64,000 nucleotides of DNA from Macrostomum lignano. Its lineage: Eukaryota. Shown in pieces: positions 21,729 to 32,873 of the stretch (positions are counted from its first letter, which is position 1; the number at the start of each line of letters is the position of its first letter). The notes below the pieces were generated by a model. That model ran no database searches. It was not told the DNA's origin and saw nothing but the letters and a program-made list of their open reading frames with translations. A program made the position numbers and the translations under genes. The stretch is from positions 186,001 through 250,000 of the forward strand of contig NIVC01000312.1 in assembly GCA_002269645.1 (NCBI GenBank). Reading direction: 5' to 3'.

Positions 21729-22175
21729 TTACTTATCTCTTTCTCTGTCACCTGTGTGTCTTTTTTCAACAGGTTTTGCACCCTTTGCCTTAATCGAACT
21801 TGAAACCGCTGCCTTAAGTTTGGCTCTCAATTTTGCGTAGATAGATGGATCAATACTGTCAGCAGTTGGAGCAAGCGGTTGGACATCTAGTAATGAAGTG
21901 TCTCGTTTGTTTTCATTGACTGCATCCTTAATCTTTTTAAACGCTGCAGCTACACTACTGGCTGCTTCAGCAACATTCTTTACGTTCTCTTTGTTCTCAC
22001 CAACCACTTTAAAGATCTGGGCCCCTTGTGCGATCAGATCGGCGAGGCCATTCCCAGAGCATTCTTTTCTTGGATAGTGACTCGCAGGGAATAGCCCTGC
22101 AGATCCCCGTTTCATGAGATGGAGTTCCTCTTCGTCGTAGTATTTTTGGATGTCCTTTTCGAAAATGGTTGGCAT
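21729..22175 (-). CDS. Polinton-associated hypothetical protein (148 aa)
   Basis: Intact ATG ORF tightly packed between the ATPase and the next ORF; GNGLADLI motif and basic C-terminus. Confidence 0.45.
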   Translation of the reverse strand: MPTIFEKDIQKYYDEEELHLMKRGSAGLFPASHYPRKECSGNGLADLIAQGAQIFKVVGENKENVKNVAEAASSVAAAFKKIKDAVNENKRDTSLLDVQPLAPTADSIDPSIYAKLRAKLKAAVSSSIKAKGAKPVEKRHTGDRERDK

Positions 22176-22197
22176 CTTGTGTCTTTTTAATAGAAAT

Positions 22198-23362
22198 TTA
22201 TTTTTTGTTAAACCGTGAAAGCAAAAGTTCTCGTGCTCTTTTATCGATGTACTTCTTCTCTAACATTTTATCTAGGATGTGAACAAACTCTTTTCTATTC
22301 TCATCCTTCATCCCGGTTTTTGCTGCACCAAGGAGAACAAGTAACCGCTTGTAAGCATCCGGCATACCTTCTTCTGATGGTGATTTAAAAGATTGATCGG
22401 TAGAGGAAGTTCCTGGAGACTTGTTGTCGAGGTGTAAATACTCTATCATTGATTCGCTTCATTCGTTCTGGAGAGATTTGCTGCAAACGCTGCCATTCAT
22501 TCGGGTGTTGGTTTCTGTACTGGGCAACTATATTTGTTTCTGCTTTTTCAAGTGCTTCTAGTACTTCTTCGGTCGGTTGTAGGTTGTTTTTGAGGAGTCT
22601 GAGTTAGAGGAGTTTGTGATGTGGTGGCTTGGGATGCGGTTGAGGTTGTTTCGGGTGTGGTTTTGGATTTAGGAGCCCTTTGTAATTGCTTTATGACCTC
22701 TTCTTGATCTGGCCATTGTTTAAAATTAAACCATTGTTTGAAGTGTTTATACACCGTTATCATGTAAAAATAATACAATTTCTAAGTTCTTGAGAATATA
22801 TTTGTCCCCCCCTAAAGCAAAGGTAACCATATCTCTAGAATTCTTTAACTGCTTCTCGGATATTTTTCCCGATTTTTAGCCATGTAGTCGAGTAAAGTTT
22901 GAGTGAAGGGGAACGTTTAGAATCTTGACCTTTGATGACTGATATACTTTGCTTTGTGACTTCTAGGTGATAGTCCGCTGGTTGATTAGTAATTTGTTCT
23001 CGCCATTTGCTAATTCCAAAGACGTATTTTAACCCACCGGCTGCTTGCTCCCCTACTGGACCAAAAAGTTATCAGTCACTTTTAGTTGTTGAGGTTGTTG
23101 AGGTTGTTGAGGTGGTTGTTGAGGTTGCTGGGATGGTTGCTGTGGGGTTGTGACAGTTGGAATTTTAGACAAGACGTTTTGCAACTGACTATCTTGAATA
23201 TCACCAATAGTTTCCTTTACTGTGTCAATTTTTTTCTTTGCTTCTGTGTATCCGGTCTTGTGAAACTCGGTGGCCGCTTGAATGAACTCATTGTACGACT
23301 GCTGCTCTTTGTTGATTAAGTTTCTCTGCTTCTGCTAGCTTATCGAGTTCAATGATATGATT
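22198..23362 (-). pseudogene. Frameshifted Polinton ORF ending in an RLLVLLGAAKTG...EFVHILDKML motif
   Basis: C-terminal ORF 22198-22449 resembles the RL.LL.AS..AGN...EI..I..EL helix motif recalled from Polinton proteins; upstream fragments with a Gln/Pro repeat look like the same broken gene. Confidence 0.4.
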
Positions 23363-23420
23363 CAAACTTTTCTGTTTCATTTTAAATATTTTTATTTTTG
23401 TTAAAAATAATTGTTAAAAA

Positions 23421-23713
23421 ATGAACGATCCTTTGACACCAGTTTTCTACAAGATTAGCTGGTGTGGAGCTTTATCTTGAAACCATTGAGTCAAAGACTG
23501 CCCTAAAAGCAGAATACTTGAAGGCTATTGAGAAGGATATTGATGTTGCCTATACAGCCTATATGTGTAGAGATGAGCGCAATGACGCTAGACACAATAT
23601 TTGCATTAAAGAAGGTTCCTGTAGCAATCCAAAGTACATTCTTGTCACTATATGAGGAGCTCGAAAAGTGTCGGTCGCTATTTTCATGGAAATGTTCGAT
23701 TAATTTAACATGA
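23421..23713 (+). pseudogene. Divergently oriented small Polinton ORF broken by frameshifts
   Basis: ATG at 23421 after an AT-rich spacer; overlapping ORF fragments 23464-23655 and 23528-23713. Confidence 0.3.
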
Positions 23714-24049
23714 AATTAGTGAAAATAAAGGTAAATATGATCGACAATTCGTCCAGTAAATTTTAGGTTAAAAAAAGTTAATTAAAAGATGGAAGCCATT
23801 GTCGAAAAATAAATAATATCGTGTCGGTGGTAGCCTTCTTGTAGATCGCCGCGCTGTAGTCGATAATTCGTCCCATCGAGTAACTTGAAACAAATTAACC
23901 CCGGAAAGTTATGGCACAGCCTGTAGTACTTTAAACGCTCAGACTTTATCCTTCAAGAGCTTAACAGTGACATCTGCGGTGAGCTGTGCATGACTTTTTG
24001 TATGCATGACGAAAACCAGAGTTACAAATAAATCGTTCTAGGATTTAGG

Positions 24050-24478
24050 GTTTAGGTGTCAGGTGTTGGGTGTTGGGTGTTGGATGTCAGGTGTCAGATG
24101 TTGGGTGTTGGGTGTTGGATGTCAGGTGTCAGATGTTGGGTGTTGGGTGTTGGATGTCAGGTTTCAGATGTTGGGTGTTGGGTGTTGGATGTCAGGTGTC
24201 AGATGTTGGGTGTTGGGTGTTGGATGTCAGGTGTCAGATGTTGGGTGTTGGGTGTTGGATGTCAGGTGTCAGGTGTTGGGTGTTGGATGTCAGGTGTCAG
24301 ATGTTGGGTGTTGGGTGTTGGATGTCAGGTGTCAGGTGTTGGGTGTTGGATGTCAGGTGTCAGATGTTGGGTGTTGGGTGTTGGATGTCAGGTGTCAGGT
24401 GTTGGGTGTTGGATGTCAGGTGTCAGATGTTGGGTGTTGGGTGTTGGATGTCAGGTGTCAGATTTTGGGTGTTGGGTG
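24050..24478. repeat. 7-mer-based tandem array (GGTGTCA/GATGTTG/GGTGTTG/GATGTCA) forming 28- and 35-bp higher-order units
   Basis: Direct reading; lies ~340 bp inside the Polinton-like terminus. Confidence 0.9.
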
Positions 24479-24821
24479 ATTATGTATAATTTTTTTACTG
24501 TCCGGTGTAAACGCAAAAAATCCCCCTTAGGTCAGTAATTGTAGGTATTGCAATGGGGTGAATGGTTTTAGGTGTTAGGTTTAGGTCTTAGGTGAATCTA
24601 ATGTGTCGATGGATTTTAGTAGATGTTGATCTAAGGGGGATTTTTTAGGGAGCTGGTCGCTTTTTTTGTCGCCCTTAGATGAGGGCCTGTAGGTAATGAA
24701 TTGTGATAGCTAGTTTTAAATATAAGAGCATTATGTATAATGAGATTTTAGTACTCGTAGATGTTGATCTAAGTGGGATTTGGCAATTTTTTGCGCCAGC
24801 GGCGCCGATGTGACGACTACT

Positions 24822-25440
24822 TCAACTGCCTCCTGGCTGACGCCAGCGCCCCGGACACTGCCGGCGGTGCGAGCTACGTTCGCACCCAGACCCTGAAGCG
24901 CGCCCCTGGGACATTGGCGATGCCTCTCTTGACTCGTTTGACTGAGTTGTTGTCGTTGTTGTCTTGTCATCAGTGTGGTCTCAGAGAAGGTCTCTCAGCT
25001 GCTATTCAGCGTTGGGTGTCAGGACGTGCACACCCACCGTATTATCTAGCGTAGAACGGGCAAGCCGAGAGATTGGTGGGGAGTCAGAAAGACGGGCTGA
25101 AGACTTGGAAAAAGGTGGTCCCGTTCGATTATTTTCTACAAAAGTTGTTCCTAGCTAGCAGAACAATCCGGCCAAGCGGAAACAGCAAGGCATCGCCTAA
25201 TGTGCTAATGTGGGGCCGGTGACTGCGTCACCCGCCAACCATGACGGAGCAAGTCGGCGATCTTATCTGCGCACTCGTTCTGACTCCGCACTGGTGCCTG
25301 CTAAGTTTGTGGTGCAGCACCGCCTGAACACGGAACTGGTGACCTCGGGTGAACAACCCGATGTCGGACTGCGGCTGGCGCATGCGAAGCGGTGGAGTCA
25401 CCCAGACCGGAGCGGCACGGCTGCCTTTGCTGAGGGATTT
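24822..25440 (+). mobile_element. Degenerate Gypsy integrase fragment
   Basis: CRRC...RPW in one frame; HPPYYLA*NGQAERLVGSQKDGLK...FLQKLFLASRT...SPN in another, matching PYHPxSNGxAER. Confidence 0.65.
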
Positions 25441-25483
25441 CCGGACGTAGAAAAACCTGAGACCCAATCCAATCAGCCCTCTG

Positions 25484-25883
25484 GTGGGCTCCCCTGTCTC
25501 TTGGTGGGCGCTTCTGTCTCTTTTTGTGCGCCCCTGTCTCTTGGTGTACGCCCTGTCTCTTAGTGGGCTCCCTTGTCTCTTGGTGGGCGCCCCTGTCTCT
25601 TGGTGGGCGCCCCTGTCTCTTGGTGGGCGCCCCTGTCTCTTGGTGGGCGGCCCTGTCTCTTGGTGGGCGCCCCTGTCTCTTGGTGGGCGCCCCGCTAGGC
25701 TGGTGGGTGTCCCGTCGAACAGGAGGCAAAAGTTGAGCTCCTGTCATTCGTCCAGCTTGGCTTCCACTTTTGTTTAGTTTTTAGACGACTAAACAATTTT
25801 TTTTGTTTAAAAAAATAGTTTAATGGCGGGGGCGATTGAGAGGACCTCGCCCCCCCCCTGCGATCGAGTACGCCACGCCACTG
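25484..25883 (-). mobile_element. CAGTGGCGT-ended minisatellite element, copy B
   Basis: Inverted 20-mer array at 25484-25695; ends acgccactg at 25883. Confidence 0.6.
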
Positions 25884-26612
25884 CTGGATGTAGAGCTCGT
25901 CGGAGTCCATAATTATTAGTTGAAAAACTTTCACTTTTGCGGCAGAATCGATTTCTCATAATTTTCTGGTTTTTTTTCAGTTTTAGCCCCTGATAAAGAA
26001 GGATATCGTGTTCGAAAATGGTCAGTTGGACATTCAAACCTTACTGTTCTTAAGCTCATTTCTGATTTACAATGACATACCTGTATGAACTGATTCCCTG
26101 TAAAGACCGAAATTAAGACACTTAAGATGATGAAGCTGATGAGTTAACTGATCGGTACCTTGAGCTAGGTCATACAATTGTTCTTATTCTCATATTATTC
26201 TTGTTAAAAGACGATTGGAAAATTCAAATTCTGCTCATTATACTCGCAGCTCGGACATTGGCAGGCTCTACAGCTTACGTGTGGGTTCTTGTGATGCACT
26301 AATGGAGTCTTTCTTTTATTTGCCCAAATAAAAGCTCAAACAAAGTTCCGGACAATTCTATACCTGTAGCTTTTATTGACGTTTGGGTGTCCAAACATGA
26401 AGCCTACAGTTAACTAGAATACTCCGAATGTGAATTAACATTTCGGGAACTGAGATGTCTCCCTCTTATTGACCAATGTTTAAGATTTCTGCTTTTGCAT
26501 AAAACAAGCATCTTCTCTGACTCTGTCAAGGCAAACATAAAATCGAGAAAGACACAAGTCTATATACTCAGTCGATTTTGGCGACATCGTCAAAAATCAA
26601 AAGCGATACCTG

Positions 26613-27464
26613 ATGATGCGCTCCGTGATCGTCCAGGTGCTGCTGCCGCTGCTGCTGCTGAGCCGCCCCGCCGCCTGCTGCAGGCAGCGAGTCGCCTTCC
26701 ACCCGATCCTCGCTTCTAACTGCGTGTCCCCAGCTCACTACCAGCTGCTCGACCTTGATATCGCGGCCTGTGCGCTTCGCTGTGGAGCGGCTCCGAGATG
26801 CAGAGCCTTCGCCATGGAGGCTGCGGCGGCCTCCTCGGACCGGCAGCTCTGCCTGCTGTTCGACTTCGACGCCTGCAGCTCGCGACTGCTGCTCGATCCC
26901 GCTTCGATGGCGAGCAATCGCTGCAGCAGCAGGAGGCTTCGAGTCTTCGTCAAGCGGTCGGAGGGTCTCGAGCCGGGCCGGCTCTGTCCCGCCGACTATC
27001 GCTGGGTGCCCGGCGTCAGCGGCAGCCGCTTCAAGGGCTCGCTGTACAAGGCAGCTGGGAACGGGCAGGAGGCCGACTGGAGCGCTCAGGCCGACAGCTG
27101 CCGGAGCTTCCTGACCACCTCGGACGGGTCCGCCATGCCGCTGACGAAGCTCGCCGATCTGAGCAGCATCGAGGAGCTCCAGGATGTGAGGACGTCAACT
27201 GGCCTGACTGATAGTCAGCAGATCTGGGTTGGCGCCTCGATTCTGGCCAACGGCAGCTGGGGGTGGGCGGACTGCGGCTGGCCGCTGCCGAATCTGGACA
27301 CCGGCAGCGGCGGACTCTGGAGGCCTGGGGAGCCAAGCGATAGCAAGGATGCTACAAACCGTGCCAGAATCCGCAACTTGGCTCTGTATGACAATTATGG
27401 TCCAATATCATATCACGGAGCCTGCGAATGCTTAGATCCATTTCTGAATTTCACCATCGGATGA
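26613..27464 (+). CDS. Secreted PAN/Apple + C-type lectin-like protein, paralog 3
   Basis: Same architecture; EPN position reads EPS; shares upstream sequence with paralog 2. Confidence 0.8.
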   Translation: MMRSVIVQVLLPLLLLSRPAACCRQRVAFHPILASNCVSPAHYQLLDLDIAACALRCGAAPRCRAFAMEAAAASSDRQLCLLFDFDACSSRLLLDPASMASNRCSSRRLRVFVKRSEGLEPGRLCPADYRWVPGVSGSRFKGSLYKAAGNGQEADWSAQADSCRSFLTTSDGSAMPLTKLADLSSIEELQDVRTSTGLTDSQQIWVGASILANGSWGWADCGWPLPNLDTGSGGLWRPGEPSDSKDATNRARIRNLALYDNYGPISYHGACECLDPFLNFTIG

Positions 27465-27555
27465 ATGGAAATCGAGAGGCCCGAGACTGCAAACAATTAG
27501 ATTCAACATCTTATATAGTGAACTGTAGCAACTTGAATTCCGATATTAAACCAAA

Positions 27556-28145
27556 GAGGATGTGAACTCAAGAGTCAAAATGGAGCCCGAAACATTCGGC
27601 CCCGACTTCTCAACGTCAATCTCTGCATTTAGAGCCAAATAGCTCCCGTTATGCCTAAAACCGACCACTTTAGCATTCGCGGGAATCTCTATGGGGAGAA
27701 ATGGGATAAATGGGGATTTCATATAAACTTAAGGCTCCAGATATGAGCCTGAAGCATCGGGTCCCAATTTCTCTACACTCATTTCGAGCTTTAAATGCTT
27801 AAATGACGAGGTGACCATGATAAACGTTATTTTTATTTTTGGATGAAGAATAGAAGCAATAGTAATGTTATGTTATGCCCCCCCCCATTATGTTATTCTA
27901 AACGTGCATGCTCCGAATCATTCTCATGTAGCTAACGTTAAGCTTTTTTTTACAATTATGTTTCATAAATGGCTGTATACTAGAGTCGCATGAAATCCTT
28001 ATTTCTCCCCATAGAGATCCCCAAATGCCAAAGTGGTCGGTTTTAGGCATAGTAGGAGCTATTTGGTTCCAAATGAAGAGATTGGCGTAGAGAAATGCTT
28101 CAATGCTTCGGGCTCCATTTTGACTATTGAGTTCACAGCATCCTC
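27556..28145. mobile_element. Foldback/MITE with long (~160 bp) imperfect TIRs
   Basis: tgtgaactcaagagtcaaaatggagcccgaa...ctatggggagaaat mirrored by atttctccccatag...ttcgggctccattttgactattgagttcaca. Confidence 0.75.
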
Positions 28146-28643
28146 CTTCCTTAGTTTTGGTTGTAAGCAGACTAGAGATAACGTATTAAGTCCTTTCTGG
28201 TAAGCATCTATGAGGCCATGTCTATGAAACCAGAGAATATCGTGCTTTACCTGAAGTATTGGTTTTTGCGAGCTATCTCAGCCAAGGAGCAAGCAAACTC
28301 ATCCATCCCATAGATTTCAATACGACGAAGGAGGTGGTTTGAACCATAGACTATCACGTTTTTTCAACCAAACTCATCCAACGGGCGAGCAATCTGTCTA
28401 TTTATAACTGTAAACTGGTCGAATGACACTATACATTATCGATGCTGCCTACTGTCACAATAATATTTTCCAATTATCTAGCAGTCAATACTTCACATCT
28501 GCTGCTTACAGATGCACTTTGGCAAGAACACAAGTCGCTATTGTAAATGAACTTCAGGAAAATTGACTGTTTAACCCAGAGATCTACAGGTCTACATGTA
28601 CATGTATACACACACACGTAGGCGGCTACGCACTATCCTTATG

Positions 28644-30190
28644 CAGTGGCTCCTGATTGCGCTCCTCAAAAAACTAAATTGAAGAGGTAGCCATGCATGC
28701 TCGACCAATTAAGGGAGCTCACCTATTGGACACCGGGGGTTTTCCACCGGCCTAGAAGATAGGGGTCCGGAGACAGGAGTGCCCACCAAGAGACAGGGGC
28801 GCCCACCAAGAGACAGGGCCGCCCACCAAGAGACAGGGCCGCCCACCAAGAGACAGGGCCGCCCACCAAGAGACAGGGCCGCCCACCAAGAGACAGGGCC
28901 ACCCACCAAGAGACAGGGCCACCCACCAAGAGACAGGGCCGCCCACCAAGAGACAGGGCCGCCCACCCAGAGACAGGGGCGCCCACCAAGAGACAGGGCC
29001 ACCCACCAAGAGACAGGGCCACCCACCAAGAGACAGGGCACCATGGGGGCAGGGCTCTCACAAGAGACAGGGCCGCCCACCAAGAGACAGGGCCGCCCAC
29101 CAAGAGACAGGGGCGCCCACCAAGAGACAGGGCCACCCACCAAGAGACAGGGCCGCCCACCAAGAGACAGGGGCGCCCACCAAGAGACAGGGCGGCCCAC
29201 CAAGAGACAGGGGCGCCCACCAAGAGACAGGGCCGCCCACCAAGAGACAGGGGCGCCCACCAAGAGACAGGGGCGCCCACCAAGAGACAGGGCCACCCAC
29301 CAAGAGACAGGGGCGCCCACCAAGAGACAGGGCCGCCCACCAAGAGACAGGGGCGCCCACCAAGAGACAGGGCCACCCACCAAGAGACAGGGGCGCCCAC
29401 CAAGAGACAGGGGCGCCCACCAAGAGACAGGGCCACCCACCAAGAGACAGGGCCACCCACCCAGAGACAGGGGCGCCCACCAAGAGACAGGGCCACCCAC
29501 CAAGAGACAGGGCCACCCACCAAGAGACAGGGCCGCCCACCAAGAGACAGGGCCGCCCACCAAGAGACAGGGCTGCCCACCAAGAGACAGGGGCGCCCAC
29601 CAAGAGACAGGGCCACCCACCAAGAGACAGGGGCGCCCACCAAGAGACAGGGCCACCCACCAAGAGACAGGGGCGCCCACCAAGAGACAGGGCCGCCCAC
29701 CAAGAGACAGGGGCGCCCACCAAGAGACAGGGCCACCCACCAAGAGACAGGGCCACCCACCCAGAGACAGGGGCGCCCACCAAGAGACAGGGCCACCCAC
29801 CAAGAGACAGGGCCACCCACCAAGAGACAGGGCCGCCCACCAAGAGACAGGGCCGCCCACCAAGAGACAGGGCTGCCCACCAAGAGACAGGGGCGCCCAC
29901 CAAGAGACAGGGCCACCCACCAAGAGACAGGGGCGCCCACCAAGAGACAGGGCCACCCACCAAGAGACAGGGGCGCCCACCAAGAGACAGGGGCGCCCAC
30001 CAAGAGACAGGGCACCATGGGGGCAGGGCTCTCACAAGAGACAGGGCCGCCCACCAAGAGAGAGAGAGACAGGGGCGCCCACCAAGAGACAGGGGCGCCC
30101 ACCAAGAGACAGGGGCGCCCACCAAGAGACAGGGGCGCCCACCAAGAGACAGGAGCTCCCACCAAGAGACAGAAGCGCCCACCAAGACAA
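28644..30190 (+). mobile_element. Minisatellite element copy C with a ~1.4-kb array of the 20-mer (28775-30188)
   Basis: CAGTGG start, AAAAACTAAA and GGAGCTCA motifs, about 70 units of GGG(G/C)C(G/A)CCCACCAAGAGACA. Confidence 0.7.
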
Positions 30191-31786
30191 AAAATATTGG
30201 CGCCCTCTAGGGTTGCGGTCCCGTCCGATTTAAATTCCTGCGTAAACCAGCACCTCCTATCAAAGGCAAATCAAAACAAATGACATTATGAAATCAAGCA
30301 GCAAATCCTTTTGTTTGACATTGAGACCCTCCTTAGACTGCAGACTGCAGCAAAAGCCAGTAAAATCGGCAGTTCAAGATAGATTTTCAATTAAAAGTGC
30401 GATTGCAATTTACATTAATTCACATCTCAAGCAAAACAAAAGCAAAGTGTATTTTTTCATTAAATAGCATCAACTCAAAGTGATTAGAAACATTCATTGT
30501 TTTATTAGCTCAAAAAGATTAGCATAGCTGATATGACTATCTCAACAACAGAAAAAATAAGCATAACTACAATGTAGAAATAGCCTAGTAAGACTAGAAA
30601 GCAGATTTATTAACAAAATAATCTATTAACATCTCGACTAGCGTTCTTCTTGTGACAGAATTAACTGCAATTGAAGTGAAACGAAGGCGCCGTTAGCAAG
30701 AGGATGGGAGAAATCAGCCGACACGCGCGTGATGCGTGAACAAGCATCCAGCCTTGCCAGCAACTCCCCAGATGCACAAGATCTGCATGCCTAAAAATAG
30801 TCCTGATGATCGGCGAGCAAGAAGCCCAGCCATGCGACCCTCGCGTGATGCATGCACAACCTCTGACCGACACTGCCTATTGGGCCTCGAAATCCCACTC
30901 TCTCTCCCTACTGCTCCTATTCCTCGTTGCTCGCGTACAGTGTGCTAGCTTATAAAATATACTGATTGAAGAGGAAAGATCCTCGCCTGAAGTTTGAGAA
31001 TGTGACTCTAGAGATCACACAGAGAAAGTTACCATCGAGGTCCATTGTTCGTTGTCTTCCTAAACTGTTGGCAGAAGGAAACGATAATATGGGAAAACCC
31101 ATATAAATTGTCGTTTCACAATGTGCTTATGAAATAAAACAGTTTACTCCTGGGTTAGAGACTTGGGTTAGACTAAAAGTCAGGAAGTCAAGAAACAAAG
31201 TTTTCCTGACAATATAAAACAATACAATAAACTCTGATAAATAGGTCAACAACAGCTCCAGATCATCACTGGACTCATTTAGTGTCAACCCGATGAAAAC
31301 GGTAATAAAAAAGATGTCACGCTAGAAGTCGCCAAAACGTCTTTTGAGAGCTACCTAAGGGCTGATATGAGGCGGTTTGATTGTCTGCGACTCTGAAGTG
31401 ATTGTAGAATCACTGAGTTGCATTTTGGCATTTATAACAACTCTATTTAGTCTACATGAGTTAGTAGAAAGTTAAGCGCTGACATAACGACTCTTGGACG
31501 ATTGTTTTCGTGACTTACGCAACTCACGTGTTGCGCTCGTGACTCAACAGTCGCCTCTCCGTCGCATTACAGTCGTTAAAAAGTCATAAAAAGTCCTAAA
31601 CAACTAGAGACATTTGTCAACGGTAAAGTAGGTCAGGATGATATCTCAAGGTCAGCTAGAGCTCATATCAATCAATTCGAGATAAAATCCTGACGAAGTG
31701 AAAGTTAGTATTAGCTAAAGAGCATGAGAACAGCCAAGGAGAAAGTTGATTGATGAATACATCTTACAAGGGTTGAACAGAATCTA

Positions 31787-32476
31787 TCAGACAAGCTCTC
31801 CAGTGCGGCGCAGCAGAGTGACCTGATCTTGAATCTGTCCGGCCAACACTCTCGATAGAAATATGGCAGTCAGTTGCACAACTGAGACAGCGATGGCCAC
31901 GCCAGCCACCGGGATAACATTGTTCTCAATGTACTTTCTAGTAGCTTCAACGCAACCGACAGTCCAGATTCGAGCCTCCGGCTGCTCAGTGTTGCGCGGA
32001 TTGGTCACGTGATAGCCGCACATAGTATTGATGACTCGATCGTCAATATCGTTCATCTTCTTGCAGCAGGAGAACGGCACGCCGCAGCGCTCCGGACTGG
32101 TGTTATTAGCGTTGCAGGCGAAGTATTTGTTATCGTTCCAGTCGCGATAGGAGGCGGCGCCGCAGCAGGCCAAATTTTTGTGATACCAATCGATAAAGTT
32201 CTGCGTGTCCTCGTATCGCTCCTCTCGGTACATTGTGATCATGTTGGCTTTGAGTACTGTCTCAACGTAGTCGATAGCTCGATCCTTCAGCACGAACACG
32301 GCTATCGCGGCGGCGCATTCGGCTAAGAAGATGACAAACAATGACAGGGCGAAGAACTTCAACAGGCAGGCATTGTCGCGCAGGGAGCCTAAACAGCCGG
32401 CAAAGGTTAGCAGGAAAACAAGGGCGCCGAAAGCGATGAACACCAGGGTGGCGTCGAATATAACGCTGAATATGTC
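31787..32476 (-). CDS. Tetraspanin, TspanC8 subfamily, last exon
   Basis: Acceptor cccccag|GAC at 32477; GCLGSLRDN.CLL, CCG, 8 Cys in the large loop, GVPFSCC, GC before TM4. Confidence 0.9.
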   Translation of the reverse strand, partial: DIFSVIFDATLVFIAFGALVFLLTFAGCLGSLRDNACLLKFFALSLFVIFLAECAAAIAVFVLKDRAIDYVETVLKANMITMYREERYEDTQNFIDWYHKNLACCGAASYRDWNDNKYFACNANNTSPERCGVPFSCCKKMNDIDDRVINTMCGYHVTNPRNTEQPEARIWTVGCVEATRKYIENNVIPVAGVAIAVSVVQLTAIFLSRVLAGQIQDQVTLLRRTGELV

Positions 32477-32873
32477 CTGGGGGTTGGAAGTTCGGGGGTG
32501 GGGGCAGCGCAAGCGTTTTATTGGCGAAACAGTGCGAGCCCTCTGGCATAGAGATCAATAGAATAGGACTGCGTTTGTGTAGTGGTACGAATATAACTAT
32601 TGCCTCTATCTAGTACCGTCTATCGTCTATCTATCTATATTCAGCAACATTGAAAAGTCGCCACCCTTTGCCCCAGTGAGTAGTGTATTTCGACCAGCGT
32701 CCATCACCTGGCCAACCATTTTGATAAAAATGCTTGAAAAAAACAATTTGAAAACCGAGCGGAAGCTTCAAACCATCCAGTCTTCTCCCTCCGCTCTTCC
32801 CAATCCCTCCTCACCCAGCCAAACTCTGCGTCGCGTGGCGCAAGTTGCGTCACTCAAAAGTCAACACTGAGCA

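Larger units (their letters stand above)
21240..24821 (-). mobile_element. Decayed Polinton/Maverick (endogenous virus-like element), one end only
   Basis: Densely packed intronless AT-rich ORFs with A-rich spacers, A32-like ATPase, and terminus ACTACT at 24816-24821 (AGTAGT on the minus strand); left boundary uncertain. Confidence 0.65.

Noticed and set aside
24050-24600. Telomeric repeat or coding ORFs at 24056-24538
   Set aside because: Only isolated TTAGGG/TTAGG words; the array is a 7-mer satellite and the ORFs are artefacts of it
28775-30188. CRISPR-like appearance of the repeat arrays (also 55542-58920)
   Set aside because: Units are head-to-tail without unique spacers, there are no cas genes, and the context is eukaryotic
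28709-30283. Long ORFs (375-484 aa) on both strands, plus similar ones at 2643-3061 and 25301-25777
   Set aside because: They are translations of the 20-bp minisatellite, open in several frames at once
30660-30950. Possible LINE 3' relic (RVAWLGF...)
   Set aside because: Too little motif support to call
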